Below, piece after piece: positions 25,680-32,000 of a stretch of 32,000 nt of DNA. Numbering within the stretch: position 1 is the first letter of the stretch; each line of letters opens with the position of its first letter. The notes under the pieces were generated by a model. That model worked only from the letters and a program-made list of their open reading frames with translations, searched no databases and was not told where the DNA came from. Origin of the DNA: Gemmata obscuriglobus (GTDB lineage Bacteria; Planctomycetota; Planctomycetia; Gemmatales; Gemmataceae); the NCBI RefSeq assembly GCF_008065095.1, contig NZ_CP042911.1, forward strand, positions 5,610,001 to 5,642,000. The letters run 5' to 3'. The position numbers and the translations under genes were made by a program.

Positions 25680-27254
25680 ATGGCAACAGCCGTGTCGAGT
25701 GTGACCTCCGCCGGAGTCGCGACACAAGCGACCGGCTCCTCGGGTCCGCGGGAGACCACGAGCAGTACACCGACGGACCCGTTTCAGACGATCCTGACGC
25801 AAACCACGACCGCCACCCGCGACCCGCAACAGGTGCGCGAAACGAACCAGACGGCGGCCAACACCCAGGCGGCCAATCAGGCGGCCGCTGATCAGGTCGA
25901 AGAAGACCAGCGGGAGAGCGCCGAGGCCGCCAGCGATGCGGCCGCCGCGATCCTCGCCGCCCAACTCGGATTGACCCAACTCGCCGCGGCCAACACACCG
26001 ATCAGCACCGACGGCACCCCGCTCGCGACCAGCCAAACTGCGACCGACGCGCAACGGCTCACGGCCCCCGAGTTCAGCGCCGCCCAGCAACCCGGGCAGC
26101 CGACCCAAACCAACCCGCTGCTCCGCCAAGCGATCGCCGACGCCAGCCGGCAGAACCGCGCCCCGGCCCCGGGCGCGGTCCCCCAAACCACCCCGCCCGC
26201 TGACGCGGTGCCCGCGGCCCAACCCGCAGCTACCGCGCCGAGCCCGACTACTGTCCCGCTTCCCACAGCCAGCACACCGCAACCGGCTCAGGCCGCCGGC
26301 CTCGCGGCCGCGACCGCCGCGGTCGAGTCCGGGCAGCGGCAGGTGGTACCGGCCCAGGCACCGATCGTTTCCGGCCTTCTGCCGGCGCAGCCCGCCGCCC
26401 CTGTGACCGAAGCCGCGCTGCCCGCTCCGGTGACCGCACCGACGGCACCGGTCGAGGCCCCGGCGGTTCCGTCGGCGTCCGTCGGCGACCGCCCGAACAC
26501 CGCGGGCGACCGGTTCGCCGCGATCGCGTCCACCGCGACCACGCTGCTCCCGAGTGACGCTGCGGCGCCGACGACACCGCTGCTATCAGCCGCACCGGCC
26601 GTGCCAACCGTCCCGACCGCGTTCACTCAGGTGCTCGCGGGGACCGACGCCGCAAACGCCCTGACCGCGAGCAACACGGCGGTGAAACTCGCACCGAGCC
26701 CGCTCGCCGAGCCGACCGACCGGTGGGCCGGCACCCGTGCGGCGGACGACGCGGTCCCGACCTTCGGCGCGCCGGCCCCGGTCCCCCAGTCTCCGAACGC
26801 GGTCACTGCCGCGCAGACCCCCACGGCGGTCAAGACCCCCGACCCGGTGGTACAGGTCGCAGACCACATCGTCACACACGCCCACGTCGTCGCCCGCGGC
26901 GGCGAGACCGAGTTCCAGATGCGGCTCGACCCGCCGGAACTCGGGGCCCTGAAGATCCGGTTGGTCTCCGACGGCGACTCGATTCACGGACAAGTGGTGG
27001 TGTCGAGCGACGCGGTTCGCCGAATGATTGAGAGCCAGTTGCCCGAACTCCGGCAGCGCCTCGAGGACGCCGGCGTGTCGGTGCAGAACTTCAGCGTCGC
27101 GACCGACGCGAACGCTCAGGCGGGGACCGGCGGGGGCGAGTGGGGCGGGTACCGCTCCGAGTTCCCCGCCGAACTGCCACGCCAGAGCGCGGTCCCAACC
27201 GGCGCCCGCCCGGTGCCGGCCCGCGCCAGCGGCGCGATCGACGTGATGGCCTGA
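25680..27254 (+). CDS. fliK: Flagellar hook-length control protein FliK
   Basis: The C-terminal Flg_hook-type domain (ETEFQMRLDPPELGALKIRLVSDGDSIHGQVVVSSDAVRRMIESQLPELRQRLEDAGVSV) is preceded by a long Ala/Pro/Thr/Gln-rich region. It sits before flgD-flgE. ATG at 25680 is preferred over the ORF-track start at 25560. Confidence 0.85.
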   Translation: MATAVSSVTSAGVATQATGSSGPRETTSSTPTDPFQTILTQTTTATRDPQQVRETNQTAANTQAANQAAADQVEEDQRESAEAASDAAAAILAAQLGLTQLAAANTPISTDGTPLATSQTATDAQRLTAPEFSAAQQPGQPTQTNPLLRQAIADASRQNRAPAPGAVPQTTPPADAVPAAQPAATAPSPTTVPLPTASTPQPAQAAGLAAATAAVESGQRQVVPAQAPIVSGLLPAQPAAPVTEAALPAPVTAPTAPVEAPAVPSASVGDRPNTAGDRFAAIASTATTLLPSDAAAPTTPLLSAAPAVPTVPTAFTQVLAGTDAANALTASNTAVKLAPSPLAEPTDRWAGTRAADDAVPTFGAPAPVPQSPNAVTAAQTPTAVKTPDPVVQVADHIVTHAHVVARGGETEFQMRLDPPELGALKIRLVSDGDSIHGQVVVSSDAVRRMIESQLPELRQRLEDAGVSVQNFSVATDANAQAGTGGGEWGGYRSEFPAELPRQSAVPTGARPVPARASGAIDVMA

Positions 27255-27285
27255 CCCCCTCAACCACGTTCGCAGGAGACCCGTT

Positions 27286-27648
27286 ATGGCAAGCGGCACG
27301 AGTGCCCTGGCCGGCGTCGGCCAGGACCAGTTCCTTCAACTGCTCATCGCCCAGTTGCAGAACCAGGACCCGCTCGACCCGGTGAGCAACCAGGACTTCA
27401 TCCAGCAGCTCGCGACCCTGAACACCGTGTCGGGCATCCAGAGCCTGAACGCGAACTTCAGCGAGATGCTCAAGCTCCAGCAGATCACCCAGGGGGCCGA
27501 CCTGGTCGGCAAGACGATCGAGTACACGCTCACCGGCGAACCGGCCAAAACCGGGAAAGTCACCTCGGTGCAGTCCCAGGACGGGAAATTCGTCCTGCAG
27601 GTGGGTTCCGACCAAGTGCTCCTCGACCAGATCAACAGCGTGAAATAG
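27286..27648 (+). CDS. flgD: Flagellar hook capping/assembly protein FlgD (short form)
   Basis: The FlgD N-terminal signature (QDQFLQLLIAQLQNQDPLDPVSNQDFIQQLATLNTVSGIQSLN) is present, and the gene lies between fliK and flgE. Confidence 0.9.
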   Translation: MASGTSALAGVGQDQFLQLLIAQLQNQDPLDPVSNQDFIQQLATLNTVSGIQSLNANFSEMLKLQQITQGADLVGKTIEYTLTGEPAKTGKVTSVQSQDGKFVLQVGSDQVLLDQINSVK

Positions 27649-27693
27649 TAAGCCGCCCGCCCCGGGCTGCCCCGAAACAACCATTACTCCCCG

Positions 27694-27715
27694 CGCCCGG
27701 GCCTCGGCCCGGGCG
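27694..27715 (+). other. Short GC-rich inverted repeat in the flgD-flgE spacer
   Basis: CGCCCGGGCC tc GGCCCGGGCG. There is no T-run and the role is unknown (possibly a processing or attenuation site). Confidence 0.3.
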
Positions 27716-27799
27716 GTCAGGTGGTCCACGTACCGACCCGTAACCTTAACGTATTCGTTCGTTCCTCAACCACGCGTCCGCACACCAGGAGTTCGCACG

Positions 27800-29092
27800 A
27801 TGTCTCTGAACGCTCTCTTCGTCGGTTCCAGCGGTCTGACCACCAACTCGTCGGCCCTCGACGTGATCGGCAACAACCTCGCGAACATCAACACCACCGG
27901 TTACAAGGACCAGCGGATGGTGTTCCGCGACGTGGTGTACCAGACGCTCAGCTCGGGCACCAGCGCGGACGCCGGGACCGGCGGGGTCAACCCGACGCAG
28001 GTCGGGTTCGGGGTCGGCGTCGGATCGATCGGCACCCAGTTCACGCAAGGCAACCTGAACCCCACCGGCCGGTCGCTCGACGTCGGCCTCCAGGGCCGGG
28101 GGTTCTTCGTGATGCGGAACGTGGAGGACGTGGCCTACACACGGGCCGGGGCGTTCGGCGTGGACTCGGCCGGCTACCTGGTCGACCCCGGCACCGGGTT
28201 CCGGGTGCAGCGGTTCGGGCCGGTCGGCGAGGGCGGGGCCTCGAACGCCGGCGACCCGCAGTTCCAGATCCCCGGCAACCTCGACATCCAGATCCCGTTC
28301 GGCACCGGCGCCGCGGGCATCGCGACGACCAACATCGACTACCAGGGTAACCTGAGCAGCGCGATGCAGGTGGGCGAGGTTGCCACCACCGCGATCCAGG
28401 TCTACGACGCGCAGAGCACCGCCCGCGCGGTGACGGTCACGTTCACCAAAACCGCGGCCAACACGTACACCCCCAGCGTGCTCGTGAGCGGCGCAGACGC
28501 CGCCCAGGTCACCCTGACCGGCGGCCCGATCTCGTTCAACTCGACCGGGCAAATCGTCGGCACCGCCAACACGCCGGTGACGCTGACGCTGACCCTCGGG
28601 GCCAACGCGCTCCCCGGGATCAACACGGCCCAAACCATTACCCTGAACCTCGGCACCGCGGGCCTCACGAACGGGCTCACCCAGTTCGGTGGCGCCACCA
28701 CCGCAAGCGCGATCGGCCAGGACGGGTCCGGGTTCGGTACCCTGACCGACGTGAGCATCGACGCGGACGGCATCGTCCAGGGTAAGTTCACCAACGGGCG
28801 CACGATCAACCTGGCGCAGCTCGCGGTCGCCGGCTTCAACAACGAGGACGGCTTGCTGCGGAGCGGGAATAACTACTTCCGGTCGTCGGTGGCCTCCGGC
28901 GAGGCGCTGATCGGGTTGGCCGGTCAGGGCGGCCGCGGCTCGCTCATGGGCGGGGCGCTGGAAAGCTCGAACGTGGACATCGCGATCGAGTTCTCACGGC
29001 TGATCGTGGCGCAACGCGGGTTCCAGGTGAACGCCCGGACCATCAGCTCGACGAATGATACGCTGCAAGAGCTGGCTAACATCATCCGCTGA
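27800..29092 (+). CDS. flgE: Flagellar hook protein FlgE
   Basis: AGGAG lies 8 nt upstream of the ATG. The N-terminal rod/hook motif (MSLNALFVGSSGLTTNSSALDVIGNNLANINTTGYK) and the C-terminal motif (LESSNVDIAIEFSRLIVAQRGFQVNARTISSTNDTLQELANI) are both present. Confidence 0.95.
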   Translation: MSLNALFVGSSGLTTNSSALDVIGNNLANINTTGYKDQRMVFRDVVYQTLSSGTSADAGTGGVNPTQVGFGVGVGSIGTQFTQGNLNPTGRSLDVGLQGRGFFVMRNVEDVAYTRAGAFGVDSAGYLVDPGTGFRVQRFGPVGEGGASNAGDPQFQIPGNLDIQIPFGTGAAGIATTNIDYQGNLSSAMQVGEVATTAIQVYDAQSTARAVTVTFTKTAANTYTPSVLVSGADAAQVTLTGGPISFNSTGQIVGTANTPVTLTLTLGANALPGINTAQTITLNLGTAGLTNGLTQFGGATTASAIGQDGSGFGTLTDVSIDADGIVQGKFTNGRTINLAQLAVAGFNNEDGLLRSGNNYFRSSVASGEALIGLAGQGGRGSLMGGALESSNVDIAIEFSRLIVAQRGFQVNARTISSTNDTLQELANIIR

Positions 29093-29557
29093 CCACTTCG
29101 GCGGCTCCGGCTCCTTCGGGGCCGGGGCCGCCGGTTCCGGTTCCGCTTCCGCAATCACTTCCCTTCGGCCGACCGCTTCGAGTGCGGTCTCGAACGTCTC
29201 GGACAAAACAACCAGCGACCGCAGCCCGGTGCCGTCGGTGGTCAGAGCCACGGTTTGGCCGTCCACCGCAATCAGGTGAACCGCGCACGTCCGGTCGAGC
29301 GGCAAACTCCCTTCGAGCTTCAGGTGCCCGCCCCCGTCGCCGGCCCCACCCGCGGGCCGATTCGCGCGTCGGGCCCACCACACCGTTCCCGCGCACAGCC
29401 CGACCAGTGCGAGCGTCAACAGGAGGAGCCGTGTCACGAGCCCACCGAGGTCCGGCGGCGCGGGCGCGACCGGCGGCGCGTAGTCGAAGCCATCCCCCGC
29501 GAGCGCGTGGGCGGTGGAGGCCAGGAGCGCGGCGAGCGCGAGAACCGTCCGTGTCAT
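28994..29557 (-). CDS. fliO: FliO-like membrane protein (signal peptide plus TM plus FliO-type beta segment), convergent with flgE
   Basis: MTRTVLALAALLASTAHALA, then the TM segment LLLLTLALVGLCAGTVWWARR. Next comes HLKLEGSLPLDRTCAVHLIAVDGQTVALTTDGTGLRSLVVL, which follows the FliO pattern as remembered from E. coli (LKISASASLGARERVVVVDVEDARLVLGVTAGQINLL). The last 32 codons plus the stop codon (99 nt) overlap the flgE 3' end antisense, so the true C-terminus is uncertain. Confidence 0.55.
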   Translation of the reverse strand: MTRTVLALAALLASTAHALAGDGFDYAPPVAPAPPDLGGLVTRLLLLTLALVGLCAGTVWWARRANRPAGGAGDGGGHLKLEGSLPLDRTCAVHLIAVDGQTVALTTDGTGLRSLVVLSETFETALEAVGRREVIAEAEPEPAAPAPKEPEPPKWSADDVSQLLQRIIRRADGPGVHLEPALRHDQP

Positions 29558-29679
29558 TGCGCGTCCCGGGAGGCCGAACGAAACCGCCCTCTCCCCGGCG
29601 GGAAAGCGGCTGACGTGTCAATACAGGCGAACCGGGTGAGAGGTAAAGACCAAACCGAACCGGGACCGGGTTGCAGGCC

Positions 29680-30927
29680 AGGGCCTTTCCTTGATTCACT
29701 CTACGTAACTCCGATAAGTCCCTTGGCCATTGCCGGGTCCATCTGGAGCCGCTCGATCGCCTCCGGGCAACTCACCGCCTTGACCTCACGCCACAGGTGC
29801 ACCACGGCGTTCCGCAGCGCCGCCAGCACCTGTGGTGCGTGCCCCATGCGCACACGACACGCGTCCTCGCCCAGTGTCACGTCACGCACGTAATGCAGTT
29901 CGTTCTCGATGCGCCAGTGCGTCCGCACATGGTTCAGGAGTGTGGCCGCATCCGCCTTCTCGGCCGACAGGCTCGTGATGCCGAAATGCACTTCGACCGT
30001 CGTTTGGCCTCGGACCGTCCGCTCACGCGTCAACTGGAAGCCCTGCTTCACCCCCGCCCACGTCGGCGAGCACGTCAGAATCGAGGTCGTTTGCAGCGTC
30101 CGCTTCTCGATGCGGCCGTGACCCTTATCGACGGTCGTGGCGATGCGGCTCGGGGCGGGCGGAGGCCGATCCCCAGGGGGAAGTGGCCGCCGCGATCGAT
30201 CGGGCGGCGGTCTCGAAGGCGAACCCGGCTCGGATGTCGATCCCCAATCCGGGTTGGTTGTCCTTCACCGTGAGCACGTAGTCGCCGCCGGCCCCGACCA
30301 CCTCCTCGGCCAGGTCTCGCTGGCAGAACATGGCGTCGCCGACCACGACCTTCCCTCGCAGCGGCAGAATGCCGAGGAGCGTCAAGGCGGCCTTGTGCTC
30401 GTTGGTGCTCGCATCGACCTTGACCTGGGCGAGTACGGCACCGACGGTGGGGGCGTATGCGGCCAGCAGGTGCTGACCGGGGATCGCGCCGTTGCGAGAG
30501 CCTCGAAGGGTCTTGCCGTCGATGGAGATGTGTGTGAAGGCGGCCGGGTCGACGCGGCTGGCGATCCAGTACGAGAGGACGTGCTCCAGTTGGTCGGCGT
30601 CGAAGCGTCGCAGGGTGCGGGAGAGCGTGGAAACGGCCGGGGTCTTGCCGCGTCGGAAGCCGAGGGCATGGGCGAGGGCGGGTCCGTGCTGTCGCCCGAA
30701 GCGAGCGATGCCATTGAGGCTGGTGCGCCCCATGAGCATGGCGAGGGCGACGAGTCCGAGGAAGGGGGCGAGTGGGTGGATAAGGCCGTGCTTGCTGCGG
30801 GGATCGGGAACCGCCGCCAGGGCATCGACCAGGGTGCAAGGAGACATGGGTACCTTCCTGGCTGCGAGAAGGCGCCCCACATAGCCACGTTCCCTCGTGT
30901 AAGCAAGGTGAAATAAGGAAAGGCCCT
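29680..30927 (-). mobile_element. ISAs1-family-like insertion sequence (1248 bp) with 20-bp terminal inverted repeats and a 12-bp flanking direct repeat
   Basis: The left end at 29680-29699 is AGGGCCTTTCCTTGATTCAC. The reverse complement of the right end at 30908-30927 is AGGGCCTTTCCTTATTTCAC, giving 18/20. GGGTTGCAGGCC is present immediately outside both ends (29668-29679 and 30928-30939). Confidence 0.85.
29701..30847 (-). pseudogene. ISAs1-family transposase interrupted by a frameshift
   Basis: The N-terminal part (ATG at 30847 to stop at 30125) reads MSPCTLVDALAAVPDPRSKHGLIHPLAPFLGLVALAMLMG...DAMFCQRDLAEEVV..GGDYVLTVKDNQP. The C-terminal part is in another frame, with DKGHGRIEKR readable from about 30129, then HWRIENELHYVRDVTLGEDACRVRMGHAP, ending at 29701. 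Total span is 1147 nt, which is not a multiple of 3. Confidence 0.8.
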
Positions 30928-31361
30928 GGGTTGCAGGCCGGGCCGACTCGTCGGAGTTGCGCGTCCCGGGCCTGGACACGCAAACGCTCTCCGTCACGGA
31001 GTTCGTCGGAGCGGACGCGGGCACCCCGACGCACGACATGCTGCGGTGGATCGGCACGCAGGGTGAGACGGAAGCGTGGTCGGCAACCGTCACCGCCACG
31101 ATACCCGATTGGCCCAATTGTTCCGGCCACTTCCTGTTCTGCCACCGGGTCACGATGCACCAGTCCCCGGTGACCTTTCTTGAAGGACTGACTCTAGTAG
31201 TTTCAATTTCGCCACGTGTATGCGACACTCATCTGCTGACCGAAGCGGTTCGACCATGGCTCGTCGAACCGCCTCCGTCAGCAGGTGGGAGTATGCTCGG
31301 CGTACTGCGGACGCTCAGCCGATCGCCGAGGCCGCGCGAACTTGAAACGACAGGGCTCAGC

Positions 31362-32000
31362 ATGAACCGCGCATGGACGCTGGCCGCTTTCGTCACCGTG
31401 GCGGCCGCCCTTCTCACCGCACAGGCCAGCGGCCAGCCGAAGCCGCCCGCGGCCGTGCCGGCGGTGGCCGACCCGCTGCGGACCGCGCTGGAGAAGCGGG
31501 GCTACGTCGCCGTCCCGCTCAGCGAAGACGAGGGGCCACGGTTCACGGTCGCATGCCGGGTCGGCAACAAGCCGTGTCGGTTGCTCCTCGACACGGGGGC
31601 GGAGACATCCACGCTCGACGCGGCCTTTGTCAAGAACCTCGGCCTGAAGCCCGGGGGCGAACTCCCGTCCGTCGGCATCGGAGGTATCGAGAAGGGCCAT
31701 GAGGTTTCCGTTCGGGGACTGTTGATCGGCGACTTCGATACGAGGACCATGGCCCACACCCTGCCCCTCCGATCTGTCGATCTTTCGGCCCGCAACCCCG
31801 CCCGGGACCGTCGCAAGCACGAACGGATCGAAGGAGTCTTGGGCGACGGGGGTTTGAAGCTGACCGCCGCAGTCATCGACTACCCCAACCGAACACTCTA
31901 TTTGCGCACGCCGCTCGCCGGCCTGTGGCCCGAAATCGAGGGGCGGTGGGTCGCGACCGGCGGTCAGGAGGACGGGCGCGTGCGGCCGATCGACCCAAAA
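31362..32000 (+). CDS. Secreted retropepsin-like (clan AA) aspartyl protease, 5' part; continues beyond the window
   Basis: My own translation gives MNRAWTLAAFVTVAAALLTAQASG (signal peptide), then CRLLLDTGAETSTLD (D-T-G-A active-site motif) and GVLGDGGLKL. The frame is open to the window end, so the ORF is absent from the track. The final residues (LWPEIEGRWVATGGQEDG) resemble the start of a planctomycete TIGR03067-type domain, but that call is from memory and low confidence. Confidence 0.65.
   Translation, partial: MNRAWTLAAFVTVAAALLTAQASGQPKPPAAVPAVADPLRTALEKRGYVAVPLSEDEGPRFTVACRVGNKPCRLLLDTGAETSTLDAAFVKNLGLKPGGELPSVGIGGIEKGHEVSVRGLLIGDFDTRTMAHTLPLRSVDLSARNPARDRRKHERIEGVLGDGGLKLTAAVIDYPNRTLYLRTPLAGLWPEIEGRWVATGGQEDGRVRPIDPK

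Noticed and set aside
14101-29100. A search by eye for sigma-28 (TAAA-N15-GCCGATAA) and sigma-54 (TGGCAC-N5-TTGC) promoters upstream of fliP, flhA, motA, the 25330 ORF and flgE.
   Set aside because: No convincing match was found. GGCAC-containing strings near 14255-14300 have the wrong spacing to a GC element and form part of small palindromes.
29640-31361. The possibility that the ISAs1 element interrupts a plus-strand gene. With the IS and one TSD copy removed, the frame of the protease gene is open from 29640 through 31361.
   Set aside because: The open stretch has no recognisable motifs or plausible start. It crosses an AT-richer, promoter-like segment (31160-31230), and the protease has a canonical signal peptide starting exactly at the ATG at 31362. 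The openness is most likely chance in GC-rich DNA, so the insertion is treated as intergenic.
1-32000. CRISPR arrays, tRNA or rRNA genes, and prophage or defence-system hallmark genes.
   Set aside because: I saw no regularly spaced direct repeats, no cloverleaf-like low-GC islands and no nuclease, methylase or integrase signatures apart from the two IS transposases.

Overview
GC-rich bacterial chromosomal window with strong G/C at third codon positions. Pro-rich linkers, MJ0042-type zinc ribbons and many Sec-signal hypothetical proteins suggest a Planctomycete (Gemmata-like) origin, but that is inference only. Left to right it holds: the tail of a response-regulator gene; a large palindromic intergenic element; a secreted hypothetical (-); pyruvate dehydrogenase E1 and E2, separated by two very long hairpins; a minus-strand block of uncharacterised envelope genes, with a small Cys-rich ORF divergent from it; a YjbR/MmcQ-like gene; then a rearranged flagellar locus. 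The envelope block is a zinc-ribbon TM protein translationally coupled to a tandem ABC-2-like permease, plus two paralogous secreted HEAT-like proteins. The flagellar locus runs fliP-fliQ-fliR-flhB, [ISL3-type IS], flhA-fliA, a periplasmic HEAT protein (-), motA, a short motB, a secreted TPR-like protein, an unknown helical protein, fliK-flgD-flgE, and a convergent fliO-like gene. It is followed by a frameshifted ISAs1-type IS and a partial secreted retropepsin-like protease. No tRNA, rRNA or CRISPR was seen. The points most worth follow-up are: (1) a MotB that keeps the plug, TM and Asp channel segment but has no OmpA/peptidoglycan-binding domain, and is co-transcribed with a secreted TPR-like protein; (2) an IS with intact IRs and an 8-bp TSD sitting 6 nt upstream of the flhA start codon; (3) a Cys-rich membrane-anchored mini-protein divergent from the zinc-ribbon/ABC-2 operon; (4) a family of related long palindromic intergenic repeats; (5) a fliO-like gene whose 3' end overlaps the flgE 3' end antisense. 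Many long Arg/Pro/Gly-rich ORFs in the six-frame track are shadow ORFs of real genes and were discarded.
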